A DNA stretch of 64,000 nt from Rebecca billardiae RCC1528 (Eukaryota; Protista; Haptophyta), in the NCBI GenBank assembly GCA_965240325.2, contig OZ251223.1:3410001-3474000 (forward strand), in the 5' to 3' direction. The translations under genes and the position numbers were made by a program. The notes below the pieces were generated by a model. That model worked only from the letters and a program-made list of their open reading frames with translations. It had not been told where the DNA came from and did not search any database. This document shows positions 21,240 through 33,137 of the stretch, piece after piece (within the stretch, counting starts at the first letter, position 1; each line of letters opens with the position of its first letter).

Positions 21240-23282
21240 CTACGACGTCGACGCCGAGTTGCTGGTGCCAGTCGTGGTCGACTGGCACGAGGTCGAGTAT
21301 GATTCACTCGTGCTCGTCTGCGAGCTGGATGTTCCGCTCGCCGATGAGGACGAAGGCGTGCCTGCGAGGCGCTGCGCCCTTGCCGTCTCGAGCGCGTGAA
21401 CAACGGCACGCGAAGTGCTTCGCCGCCGGCGCACGCGCTCAGCTTCGGTGACGCCTCCGGGTGGCGGCGGAAGCCGCGCCGCTCCCACCACCCCGCTCGC
21501 GTGCCCGATCGCCGCGCTTGTGGTGCCGCGCAGCTCGGCCACACGGCGCGCCGCGGCGATGCGATCGAGCTGCGCGGTCGCGTGCACCATCTGCTCGGCC
21601 GACTTCAGGTCGACTTCGAGGGCGAGAATGTGCACATCGTGGCGGAGATGCTCCGCAAGCTGCCACGACTTCTCGAGGGAGGCCGGCCACTGCTCGCTGA
21701 GCGCGGCGTCCTCTGCGGTCGACCGCATCTCGGCCACCGCCGCGTTGTGCCGCCGCGTGCGCGCGCTCGCGGACGCAGGGCGCCGTGGCGCTGCCTTGAG
21801 GTTGGTAGCGCGCGCGGCCGCACTGCCAGCGAGCGGCTGGGGCTCGTGCTGCAGCGGATAGCAGCGCGGCGTGATGCACGCGGAGGCGCTCCCACCGCCG
21901 CGCGGCGTGGATGCTCCCGCGCGCGGCGTATTCGCCGCGGAGGCTGACACGGACGCGCCCGCGCGCCCCGCGCCCGCGCCTGCGGCCGCGGCAGGCCTAG
22001 CAACGCCTGCGCTCGCAGCCGCTGTCGAGGGCCGCGGTCCGTGCTCGGCGTCCGCGGCGGCGGGTGCGGGCGTGCCGTGCTTGGTGTGCTGGCGGCGGAT
22101 GCGCTCCCCACCCCGCGCCTCGATCCTCTTCACCAGCGCCGCCTCGAGCGCACGCGCGTTGTTGCGCGTGTACGCCTCGCGGTGCGTCTGCAGCATCTGA
22201 GCGTGCGCGTGCAGCCGGCCAAACACGCCGCTGCCGTGCCCGAGCGCATCGTCGACGTCGTCGGGCCCGTCGTCGAGGCCGAGCGCCTCCATCTTGCGCA
22301 GCAGGATGCGGTACTTGCGCTCGAGCCCCTCCAGCTGCGCTCGGAGCGCCTCGGCGCGCGCCCTCGCCTCGCGCACCTCAGCCTCCTTGGCGGCGAGCAC
22401 ACGCTTGGCCGAGGCGGTGATGGCCACGGCCTCCGCCACCGTCGTGTCCGCGCTGTCGAACTCGGCGAGGAGCACGTGCTCGGTGACGTCGGCGGCTTTG
22501 ACGACGGCGTCGTGCTCCTCGCGCAGCGCGTCCAGCTTCATCTGCAGCACGCGCTGCCGGTCCCGCGAGGTCACGATGTGCGCGGCCTGCCGCTGCAGCA
22601 CCGCGTGCAGGCCTGCGTGCGCCGCTCGCTCCGTCTGCGCCTCGTGCTGCGCGTATCGGCGCGCCTCCTCCTCGCTCTCCTCGATCGAGCGGCCGAGCTG
22701 CGCGAGCAGCTCGAACTGCGAGGAGGAGCGCGTGCCTGCGATGGAGGTGCGCGGGCCGTGCTGCTCAATGTCCTCGAGCCGCAGCGCGAGCGCGCCGAGC
22801 GCCCGCTGCGCCTCCGAGTGCCGCTTGTCCTCGACGACAGCGAGAGAGTCCCCGCGCCGCTGCTGCATGCGCCGCACACCGCGCGGAGACGTGATCGTGC
22901 GCCGCTCGATGCGGTCATGCCTGTAGTGCTGGCTCTCGCCGACCTCCTCGGCCCAGCGCACGCGGCCCGATGCTAGCCGGCGGCGGCGCGAGAGGGACAT
23001 CTCGTCCGCGTCGCTGATGCCACCGCTGCGCCCGCGGTCTGCGAGCTGCGCCCGCCGCAGCATTTTGAGCGCCTGCTCACCCGCGTCCGTGTCCGGCGCC
23101 GGCCGGCCGAGTAGCATCTGGATGAAAGCGTTTTGCAGCGCGCGAGCCTCGGCGCGCTCGTTCACGAGCTGCTGCTTCAGCTCCGTGACTCGCCCGTGCA
23201 ACACGCTGAGCGACGCAGAGTCCGCCTCCCACTCCAGCTGGCGCTCGCGCGCAGCGAGGGTCGTCAGTGGGGCGGCGAGCAT
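21240..23282 (-). CDS. Coiled-coil protein of unknown function (680 aa)
   Basis: Long ORF with host codon bias and heptad-rich E/A/R/L segments. It may have further upstream exons. Confidence 0.7.
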   Translation of the reverse strand: MLAAPLTTLAARERQLEWEADSASLSVLHGRVTELKQQLVNERAEARALQNAFIQMLLGRPAPDTDAGEQALKMLRRAQLADRGRSGGISDADEMSLSRRRRLASGRVRWAEEVGESQHYRHDRIERRTITSPRGVRRMQQRRGDSLAVVEDKRHSEAQRALGALALRLEDIEQHGPRTSIAGTRSSSQFELLAQLGRSIEESEEEARRYAQHEAQTERAAHAGLHAVLQRQAAHIVTSRDRQRVLQMKLDALREEHDAVVKAADVTEHVLLAEFDSADTTVAEAVAITASAKRVLAAKEAEVREARARAEALRAQLEGLERKYRILLRKMEALGLDDGPDDVDDALGHGSGVFGRLHAHAQMLQTHREAYTRNNARALEAALVKRIEARGGERIRRQHTKHGTPAPAAADAEHGPRPSTAAASAGVARPAAAAGAGAGRAGASVSASAANTPRAGASTPRGGGSASACITPRCYPLQHEPQPLAGSAAARATNLKAAPRRPASASARTRRHNAAVAEMRSTAEDAALSEQWPASLEKSWQLAEHLRHDVHILALEVDLKSAEQMVHATAQLDRIAAARRVAELRGTTSAAIGHASGVVGAARLPPPPGGVTEAERVRRRRSTSRAVVHALETARAQRLAGTPSSSSASGTSSSQTSTSESYSTSCQSTTTGTSNSASTS

Positions 23283-24959
23283 GATCCACGCTTGCGGCTC
23301 GAGCGGTGGAGCTCAGCAGGAGGAAGACGAGCTGCCAGGCCACCTGGCCCGCGCTGGGGACAGCGGGCGGCGGCGCGCGTCCAGCTCGCTCGAGCGGCCG
23401 CGCACAAAACGGCCATGGAGCCAACCACTGGGCGCAGGAATTTCGGGTGGCGATTTTCTTTTCCGAATATGTTGGTGATGCCGTCAGAGCACCACCAACC
23501 TCTGCCGCTGGCCAGGGCGGCTGCGCTGACAGCGCGCTGGGCGGCGCTGGAGGGGCGAGATTGGCGCCGACTGCGCGCCCTCCTGCGGTAGTTGCGTGCC
23601 CGCGAAGGCGGTGCGCGTGGTTGAGCGCGGCTGAAGAGCAGCCATTTGCGTCGTTCCGCCGCTCGCCGTTCGGAGTCACTGCATCCGCCGCGCCTCAGGC
23701 CATCGCGTGCGCCGCACCAACAAGGAAGTCGTGTGCATTCCTCGGCTGACTGCACGCGTGCCGCGAGCAGCGGCGGCGGCGTCCGGCACTTGGTTGCACT
23801 GGGCGATGCCCAGGTAGTTTATGCACGTGTCATCGCTCTTCACAGTACGCTGCCTGGCATACGCATCTGCACGGGTCACACAGCCGTCAAAAGGCATGAT
23901 CGAGCATCACGCAGCCGTTGGCATCGACCTACGGCGAGGGTCGTGTGAGCATGAAAAGCACTGACATGCGCCCTTCTGGATAGTGATGTAGTGAGCACAT
24001 TCCGCGTGAAAGGAGCGCGCGCCATTCAGGCACCGGACGCGGCGTCGGGGCTGGATGCTCACGTCTTGGGCAGGCTGCCGATGCCTCCTTCCGGCTGCAC
24101 GGGTGCGTCCATCAAGGCTGACCGTGTGTGCGCGATGCGCACCGTGAAGTTCGACAGGAACGTCCAGGCGTGAGCTACTGCTTGACAAGGTAGTACACAC
24201 ATTCATACACGCGCCGTGTCATCCGAAGAGGCACATACAAGCAGGCCATGGGCCTCGTTCAGGTATGTTTTGCATTGCACGCATGTATGTTCGTACTACC
24301 TCGGGCCAAGATTGACGTCGGAGCACACGTCAGGGAGGTCAGTGCCGAGGCAGAGCGGGACAACAGCCACGTGTGCGGCGACTCCGTGCGAGCGCACATG
24401 CTGCGCGTCGCCGCAGATCAGCATGGCGTGCGCTGCAACGTCGTCGTCGGGCCAGAGCCTTGTTTGTTCGACCAATCGAATCGTATGATGCAATCAGCAC
24501 ACCTGAACGCAGCTGTTCGGACCCGCGCTCATGCGCGGCGGCGCAAGGCAGCGCAGTGCGCACAGTGTAGTTTCTCGCCACGCGGAAGCGCATGCTCCGT
24601 GTTTGTCTCGCCTCGCATGGCGCACGCGGGCGAGGCTGGCCGTGTGGCGGTGTGCACAGACATGCTGGCCCGAGGCAAGTACAGCCGAATGCGAAGCGCG
24701 GGCGAAGCGGCGAATGGCACTTCAACACGACTGCCCGGCCTAGCTCGCCGGCTCTGCGCTCGCGGGATCGTCCACACGCACGGGAGCGCGGCGCCGTCGC
24801 CCGCTCGCCCGAGACGCGCGCGGCCGCCGCGAAGCGCGCGGCTGAATAAATGCAAGGCGGAAATAAAAAGCGCGCCGATTTTCTCCGACCCTGGGTGCCT
24901 TGTCCCCAGTGGCGGAACTGCGGAAGGGCCGACTCGCAGAGTGCAGACGGGAGGCCACG

Positions 24960-25988
24960 ATGACGCCCGCGCCCATCCCTGTGACGCACATGCGGCGTGT
25001 CATGTTGGCATGCGCGTGCCTCCTCGCTTCGAGTGCCGAGGCGGGGAGCGCCGCCTCCGCATCGACGGTGCATGCATCTGCAGATGGACCCGCTCTCGAG
25101 GAGTGCGACGACCCAGGCAGTGCAAAGGTGAGGGCGTACAACCCCTTCAGTGGAGAGACGGTGGAGGCGTTGCCCACGCGCCCGCACCCGCAGCTGAAAG
25201 GGCACGACATCGTCATGGACGCCAGCGGCCTTCAGTTCACGCATCCGCTCCCGACGGATGACGAGCTCAATCACATCTACTCCGTGACCTACAACGCCAA
25301 GTACAAGCGCAACCTTGACGAGGGCGCGCCGCTCCCGCTCTTCGTCTCTCGGCGCGCGGATGCGCAGCTCAAATTCATCAAGCAGCACCTTCCGTCCGGT
25401 GCCGTATTCCCGCGCAAGGTCGTCGAGATCGGCGGCGGCTGGGGCGCGCTCGCTTCGGCCATCCTCGTGGACAAGCCCGAGACCACCGTGACGGTCTTCG
25501 AGCTCGACCCCAAGGCCGTGACCTACATGCGCAGCCGCGGCGTGGACGCCCACGTGGGCCACGTGGGCGCGTTCCCCGACGAGCAGGATCGGCCGGAGAT
25601 GTTCATGCTCTCGCACGTGCTCGAGCACCTGTCGCGTCCCCTCGACGAGCTCACGCGCTGCCACGCGCAGCTGACCCCGGGCGGATTCCTCTTCATGGAG
25701 ATCCCCATGGAGAACCCCGTGCCAAACTGGTGGGGTACCGATCCGGATGACCCGTATTTCGTGGGCCACCTCACGTTCTTCACGATGGCGCACGTCCAGC
25801 AGCTGGTCAAAGCCGCGGGCTTCGAGCCGATCGCGGCGTTCCACTTCAACCACCCAGCGGCCGCTGGCCTCGTGATGCCGGGCGACCCCGCGTACGTCGT
25901 GGAGGACGTGCCAGTCGCGGAGGACACGCGTGAGGTGAAGGAGGGGACCGTCCCGCGCTTCCTCCGCATCCTGTGCCGGAAGGTCTGA
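24960..25988 (+). CDS. Class I SAM-dependent methyltransferase with signal peptide (Methyltransf_23-like)
   Basis: Motif I VVEIGGGWG, plus VFELD, SHVLEHL..P and LTPGGFLFMEIP; hydrophobic leader VMLACACLLASSAEA. Confidence 0.85.
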   Translation: MTPAPIPVTHMRRVMLACACLLASSAEAGSAASASTVHASADGPALEECDDPGSAKVRAYNPFSGETVEALPTRPHPQLKGHDIVMDASGLQFTHPLPTDDELNHIYSVTYNAKYKRNLDEGAPLPLFVSRRADAQLKFIKQHLPSGAVFPRKVVEIGGGWGALASAILVDKPETTVTVFELDPKAVTYMRSRGVDAHVGHVGAFPDEQDRPEMFMLSHVLEHLSRPLDELTRCHAQLTPGGFLFMEIPMENPVPNWWGTDPDDPYFVGHLTFFTMAHVQQLVKAAGFEPIAAFHFNHPAAAGLVMPGDPAYVVEDVPVAEDTREVKEGTVPRFLRILCRKV

Positions 25989-26484
25989 TGATATAATGAT
26001 GCGTACACTATAGCAGTTTAGATCATAGTATAGTTCGCGTTTCGCGGTGCAGGGGCCCCGCGGCAATGGGCAATCCGGAACTCGGGGCCCGTGCGGCCTG
26101 TTGCCATCGGAGGTCATGCCCTCGTCGTAGTAGTCATCATCATGATGCATTGATGTCATCACACGTGCCCGCATGCCCATGATGGCAGCGGCCATGCCCA
26201 TGATGGCCCAGCATATGGCCCATGCTCCATGCGGGCCTGGGGCGCTCGCTCGCAGGCATCAATAATAATATATAAGCGGGCGGCAACGCCAGTGCCACAG
26301 CCTTGAACTAAGAGGCACAGCATCCGTCAGTCTGAGAGCTAGCATCAGTGACGAGCGGTTACTAGCTTAATATCCGGGGCTGACGATACTAGTGAAGCCG
26401 TCGTAGTAGAGTCTACTCATAGAAAGGGGCCGGGGTGTGCACGATTGACGACGAATGATGCGCCGTTCATGAAGACGGAGGTGT

Positions 26485-29400
26485 TCATGCCGCGCTCGAA
26501 GCCGATGCACCCGCGCCCGCGGCCGCTGGCGCCGCTGGGGGCTCGATGCCCATCTTGGTCACGGCGTCCACGCACCGCGAGCAGATGGTTGGGTGGTGCG
26601 CATCGGCGCCCACCGAGTCGCAGTAGTTCCAGCAGCGCTCGCACTTGGTGCCCTGCGCGCGCTTGACGCCCACCGTGCAGCCCGTCTCCGCCTCCGCCGC
26701 CGGCAGGACGTGCTTGCACCCACTCGTCGCCTCCGCCGCGTCGGCGCACATCTCGACGCGCGAGGCGAGGAAGATGTAGCGCAGGTCGTTCACGCCGTCG
26801 TTCGGCAGGCTCGAGAGCGCCTCGATCACGGTGGCGTTGGTGGTGTGCAGCTGCACGGCCGCCTCGAGCGACGCGCCGATGAGCTTGTCGTTGCGTGCGC
26901 CCTCGAGGACCTTGTTCACGTCGTCGCGCAGCGCGCGCACCACGTCCAACGCCTTGGTCGCCGCGAGCTCGCCCGACACGTCCGAGCGCTCGAGGCTCGC
27001 CGCGGGCCAGCCCGAGAGGAAGACGGAGTCGCCGACCTCCGCCCCGTCCGCCCCCTGCGAGTAGGGCAGGTTGAGCCACACGTCCTCGGCGAGGTGCGGC
27101 AGCAGCGGCGCGAGCGCGCGCGCGAGGTCCTCCGTGAGCGCGCGCAGCACCGTCTGGCACGAGCGCCGGCGGAAGTCGTCGGGCGCAGAGATGTACAGCC
27201 TGCGCGCCGGCGCCGCAGCAGCACAGCGGCGCGGGGGTGAGCGAGCGCGCGCGCCGATTGCGCGCGCGCGCGTGCGCGCGTCGCGCGTCCGGCTGGCGCG
27301 TGCGTGTCTCGCGTGTGTGCACGCACCTGTCCTTGGCGATGTCGAGGTAGAAGCCGGAGAGCTCCGAGACGGCGAAGCGCTGCAGCGCCTGCGACGCCTT
27401 GAAGAACTGGTACGAGCTGTACGCCTCGTCGACCTCGAGCAGCAGCCCCTTGAGCTGCGCGAGCATCCAGCGGTCGAGGGCGGGCAGCTGCTCCTCGGGC
27501 ACGCTGTGCGCCGCGGGCTCAAAGTCGTGCAGGTTGCCCACGAGGTAGCGCATCGTGTTGCGCAGCTTGCGGTACGACTCGAAGACCTGCTTCAGGATGT
27601 TGGGCCCGATCGACACGTCGACCGAGTAGTCCACCGTCGACACCCACAGCCGGAGCACGTCCGCGCCGTACGGCGGCTCCTTCTTCTTGTCCTTGCCGCC
27701 CTCGATCACGAGGCGCGGGTCGATCACGTTCCCCAGCGACTTGGACATCTTCAGCCCGCGCTCGTCGAGCACGAAGCCCTGCGGGCGCGGGGCGGGTGGC
27801 AGGGGCGGGCGCGGCAGGGCGCGGGAGCGCGAGTCAGGGGCCCGCGGGCGCGGGCGCGTGCGCGGCGGCGCATGGCGGTGCCAAAGGCGCGGGGGCGCGG
27901 GGCAGGCGGTGGGGGGCGGGGGCAGCTCCTCACGTGTGTCAGGACAGCCTTGTACGGCGCGACGCCGCGCGCCGCGACCGCGGTGAGCAGCGACGACTGG
28001 AACCAACCGCGGTGCTGGTCTGAGCCCTCGAGGTACATGTCCGTCGGGAAGCGCATCCCCGGGCGCACGTCCGCGACCGCCGCCCACGACGAGCCCGAGT
28101 CGAACCAGACGTCCATCGTGTCGGTGCCGCGCTCGTACTGCTCAGCCTGGTCGCGCAGGCCCTCGGGGAGGAGCTCGGCGAGCTCGGCGGACCACCAGAT
28201 GTCCGAGCCGTGCTGGGCGACGAGGCCGCGCACGTGCTCGACGCTCTCGGGCGTGAGCAGCGCCTCGCCCGTCTCCTTGTGGTAGAAGACCGGGATCGGC
28301 ACGCCCCACGAGCGCTGGCGTGAGATGCACCAGTCAGCCCGCCCCTCGGTCATCGCGGTGATGCGGTTGCGCCCGGCCGACGGCAGCCACTCGACCTCGT
28401 CGATCGCGGCGAGCGCGGCGTCGCGGAAGCCGTCGACCGACGCGAACCACTGCTCGGTGGCGCGGAATATGGTCGGCTTCTTCGACCGCCAGTCGTACGG
28501 GTACTTGTGCACGTACGCCTCCTCGGTGAGCAGCGCCTTCGTCTCGGTCAGCATCTCGATCACTTCCGTGTTGCCCTCGGCCAGCACCGACTTGCCGACG
28601 AGCCGCTCGCCCGCCTCGTCGGTGAAGCGGCCGGCGTCGTCGACGGGGCTGAGCAGGGGCAGCCCGTTCTTCATGCCCGTGAGGTAGTCGTCGCGCCCGT
28701 GCCCCGGCGCCGTGTGCACGAGCCCAGTGCCCGACTCGGTCGTGATGTACTCGCCCCCGACCACGACCGGAGAGGTGCGCCCCTCGAGCGGGTGCACGTA
28801 CTGCGAGCCCACGAGCTCAGCGCCGCTCAGCGTGCCGAGGACGCGCGGCTCGGGCGCGGCGGCCGCGGCGACCGCGGCGTCGTCGCCCTCCGCCGCGCCG
28901 CTCGCCAGCTTCTTCGCCAGCGAGCCCGCCAGCTCCTTCGCCACCACCAGCAGCCGGCCGTCCAGCTCGACGAGCGCGTACTCGATGCGCTCGTTCACGG
29001 CGACCGCGAGGTTGGCGGGGATCGTCCACGGCGTCGTGGTCCAGATGGCGAGCGAGGCGGGGCCCGCGCCGGGCGCGGCGGCGAGCAGCTCCTGCAGGCG
29101 CGCGGACGGCTCGGTCACCTCGAACGCCACGTAGATCGAGCGCGACGTGTGCCCCTCGGGGTACTCGAGCTCGGCCTCAGCGAGCGCGGTCCGCGTCGAG
29201 GGCGACCAGTGCACGGGCTTCTTGCCGCGGTAGATGTGGCCGTTCAGCGCCATCGCGCCGAAGACGCCGAGCTGCGCCGCCTCGTACTCGGGCTGGAGCG
29301 TGAGGTACGGCTCATCCCAGTCGCCCCACACGCCGTACCGCTTGAACGACTCGCGCTGCTTGTCCACGGTCTCGGCGGCGAAGTCCGCGGCGCGCTGCCG

Positions 29401-29955
29401 CAGCGCGAGCGGCGTGAGCGCCTCGCGCTCGGCGCGCTTTTTGATGCCCTGCAGCACCTTGAGCTCGATGGGCAGGCCGTGGCAGTCCCAGCCGGGGATG
29501 TAGTGCACCTTGCGCCCACGCAGCATGTGGTACCTGTTGATGAAGTCCTTCAGGATCTTGTTCATCGCGTGCCCGATGTGCAGGTCGCCGTTGGCGTACG
29601 GTGGCCCGTCGTGCAGCGTGAACTCCTCGCCTGGGTTCTCGCGCTGTAGCCGCTCGTAGACTCCCTTCTCCTGCCAGTACGACTGGAGCTCGGGCTCACG
29701 CCGAACAGCATTCGCGCGCTGCTGGAAGTCCGTCTTCGGCAGGTTGACGGTCGCAGAGTAGACACCCGCGTCGCCGTCACCGCCCGCCTTGGCCTTGCGA
29801 ACGACGCGTGACGCGTGCGTGCGCGCCGGTGCGCCGCGCGCGACGGCCCGCGAGAAGCGAGCGCCCCCGGTGCTCATGGCCCACGCGGAGGGCGAGCGCA
29901 GCGCGATGGCGGCCATCAGCACCGGCATCGCGCTCGTCGCCGTCGTCGCGCGCAT
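26485..29955 (-). CDS. ileS: Isoleucyl-tRNA synthetase, bacterial/organellar type; introns 27779..27933 and 27200..27326
   Basis: Motifs [65 protein letters not shown]|GFV..KMSKS, DIAKDR|LY and a C-terminal CERCW..CSRC zinc finger. N-terminal targeting peptide present. Confidence 0.97.
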
Positions 29956-30205
29956 TGATGAAGACTGGGCGGGTCGGCCACGCAGCAGTGGCAAGGCCTG
30001 CGTGCGATGGCCGCGATGGAGAACTCGAGAAGCAGCCGCGCTTCCATCATCCGAAATTGTATTTGTTCCCAGGCCGAAATTCAACTGCTCGCGCATGCAC
30101 GCGCATTTTCAATTTTTCCAGAATGATATCAGGCTTTTTCCCGCAGCTCTCCGCGTCCAGACGCGCCTTCGAACTCGGCGCCGGTCGTGTTCGCCGAGGC
30201 TTGCG

Positions 30206-31390
30206 ATGAAGCTCGGCGCTGCGTGGCGCAAGCGCATCAAGCGATGGCGCGAGGGCGCGATTGTGAACGTGTACCGCGGCCTCCTTCTACTTGTCGCCGG
30301 GGCGAGCCCGGTCATCCTGCGCTCAGCGATCCTGACGCCCATTCGCGCCGCAGTCACGGTTGGCGCAGTGCTCGCGCTCGCCCGTAACACTTCCACTCTG
30401 CGGCTGCTCTGGGCGAAGGCCCCCGTGCCCGACTTTGCGCGCGATGCCCTTTGGGCTGACTTCTCGCGCTTCTCGAGCCTCACCTCCAAGGGGCCGATCT
30501 GGCGGGCAGGCGTGAAGCTCGTCAAGCGCCTCGTCGATTGCCAGCGCGAGCCGCAGCCGCCTTCTGCCATCCACGTGACGCAAGTGCGGAGCACGAGCGC
30601 GAAGGTGTCGTGGGACCCCACGGTAGTCTCCTTCCTGAGCGACGAGAATTACCGCGTGGAGGTCGCGCCGACGCGTGCCGACGCAGTCGACGCGGCCGAG
30701 GTGGCGGGCGAGTGGACCCAGCTGGCGGACACAGCCGACACGAGCTGCGAGTGCTCTGAGCTGCGGCCAGACACGGTGTACCGCTGCCGCGTGGTCGCGC
30801 ACAACAACAAGGGCACCTCGCAGCCGCGCTCGGCGCGCTTCGTCACCCTGCAGCCGCCCACGGCCGCGAACGGCGGGCGCGCGCCCGCGTACGGCTGGTC
30901 GCAGGACGTGAAGGAGGTGGCGGTGCGCGTGCCTGTGCCCACAGGCACGCGCGCGGCCGATCTGGCGATCACGTGCACGAAGAGCAGGCTGCGCGTCGCG
31001 CTCAAGCCGCGCGGGGGCGCGGGGGCCGAGGCTGCCGAGCGCGTGCTGTGCGCGGGCACGCTGCACCGCGAGGTCGATCCGGACGAGTTTGCATGGCAGT
31101 TTGTCGAGCCTGCCGAGTCTGAGCCCGCTGAGGCGGGCGGGCGCGTGATCGAGCTCACGCTGCCAAAGGCCGATCCGTCGATCGGCAAGCCGCTGTGGCC
31201 GGCGGTCGTCACGTCGGTCACCGACACGGACTTGCCAGCGTCCAAGTCAGTGATTGCTCTGCACGTGGAGCACCCGCGCATCGACTTGTCCCTCATCAAG
31301 CAGGAGGTCCCTGAGCTCTCTGACGCACACCTGCACGAGCTGCACGAGCTCATGCGCGGCGCGCCGATCGGCGGGGAAGAGGACGACTAG
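30206..31390 (+). CDS. Membrane-anchored fibronectin type III plus CS (p23/NudC-like) domain protein
   Basis: N-terminal hydrophobic segments. FN3: PQPPSAIHV..STSAKVSW..YRV..LRPDTVYRCRVVAHNNKGTS. CS: YGWSQDVKEVAVRVP..LCAGTLHREVDPDEFAW..IELTLPK..WPAV. Confidence 0.8.
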   Translation: MKLGAAWRKRIKRWREGAIVNVYRGLLLLVAGASPVILRSAILTPIRAAVTVGAVLALARNTSTLRLLWAKAPVPDFARDALWADFSRFSSLTSKGPIWRAGVKLVKRLVDCQREPQPPSAIHVTQVRSTSAKVSWDPTVVSFLSDENYRVEVAPTRADAVDAAEVAGEWTQLADTADTSCECSELRPDTVYRCRVVAHNNKGTSQPRSARFVTLQPPTAANGGRAPAYGWSQDVKEVAVRVPVPTGTRAADLAITCTKSRLRVALKPRGGAGAEAAERVLCAGTLHREVDPDEFAWQFVEPAESEPAEAGGRVIELTLPKADPSIGKPLWPAVVTSVTDTDLPASKSVIALHVEHPRIDLSLIKQEVPELSDAHLHELHELMRGAPIGGEEDD

Positions 31391-31738
31391 GAGCCAGCAG
31401 GGCCATCCGAGACATTGTTGTGCAAAGGCGTTGGCTGTGGTGCTCGAGCCGCCGCTGTGCACTGATGGGAGGCTGGGGGATCTCCTCGCTTTTCACGACG
31501 ACTGGCCGGATCGACAACGACTGCGCCAACGGGCTGACACCGACTTGTCACTTGTGAAGTGACTTGACGGGCGGAGGAGAGCTCTACGAGGGCCTGCTTA
31601 GCAGATAGACAGACAATAATGATTCTGAGTCATCGCGTCACCGCATCGTCGGTGCCCGATCGTGACTGAGACGCGGCGTCTCGTCACTTGATCAGACTCA
31701 CGGACTGCGGACTCAGCGGTGTAGCCGCTTGGTGATGA

Positions 31739-31843
<105 letters not shown>

Positions 31844-33137
31844 TAATTAGTATATGATGTCATCGACGACTAGCTAGACCGTATAGTGCCCGTCAGGCCG
31901 TCAGTCGGCTACGGCGTTGCCTACGGTTAATGCCATCAGCAGTTGATTCGTCCGCGTAGTGATCGAGTATATCTATAGTCAGTGCTGAGTACTGATGTAA
32001 TCTACTAAGTACTATGGTATCCGCCAGTGATGATAATTCGCATCATCGCCTACGAAGGACGATGCCAGTATCACCAGTATGGTCTTCGTCATGTTACTCA
32101 GTAAGTGACACGACGCCATCGTCGGACGGCGTCGACGTCGTGATTGATGATCAATCAACTCATCACTCGTCAATCGATCTTCAGGATCCGACAATGTTCA
32201 TCTCATCAGTGATGATGACGCGACTCACGACTGTGATGCTGCGAGCCTAATTCTATGACTGACGATGACAACGACTAACACTCAGTAACAGTCATGATTG
32301 GCACTGAGTCGTGCGTGGCGGAAATTTGCTCTCTGGCGTGGTGGTGCAGGGGTCTTTCTGCTTGCTGATCAGTTCAGGTCGGTGACTGGTGACTTCGGAT
32401 CGAGTCTCGAGCAAACCATTCTGCAATGTTCTCAAGACGAAGTAGTGTCTCAGAATTGTCTTACCGTGACCTTGGACACCCTTCTCAACGCTTCTGATTG
32501 CAGAGGTCCTTTCTTGGAATGATCTGATAGTGCATTGGCCTGCGAAGGCTTGGGAACATTTGAGGATCCTTGATTCCTTGAATGTTTTGCGACGCTTGTT
32601 GGCCATTATGCTGAAATGCGCGATGAATGATGAATGAATTTGGTGCGCTGGACATGAATAAAACGGACAGTTGATGAGGTCGATGATAACGTTTTGAATT
32701 GGAATGAAGCCTCAGCATGGTGGCGCTTAGAATTGCTCAGCGCCTTGAGATGGAGATCTCGAGCTGGGGAATGGCGCCAATGGCTGCCTTGGGCTTTTGA
32801 CAAGTAATAACACTGCTGTCTGTCTTAGCAGCATCAATAATCCGTGAAGAGGAGTCGACGATCACCAAAATCACTACCAATCTAATAAATAATAATGTCG
32901 TCCAATAGCTCATCACCATCAGGCATCATCCGGCTGTCATCGGCGTCAGGTCATCGTCTGTCACTCTCTGAGATCGAGACTCTCTGAGTCTGACTCTGTG
33001 AGCAGCGGCGGACAATCATGCGGTCGTCTGCTGCTCCTGCGTCTCTTATTCTGAGTAAACTGTGCTGGCTGTCAAAAATAAAAATAATTTATTGATGATC
33101 GAATATTTATTCCAAAGCGCGCACGAGCAGCCTCAGA

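Noticed and set aside
16400-21300. The many long ORFs over the tandem arrays as protein genes
   Set aside because: They occur in all frames, are translations of GC-rich repeats and have no domain signal; the 232-bp unit is not a multiple of 3.
23400-24860. Possible spliced gene between the coiled-coil and methyltransferase genes
   Set aside because: Intron-like GC stretches and short ORFs exist, but I could not assemble a consistent reading frame or recognise a domain.
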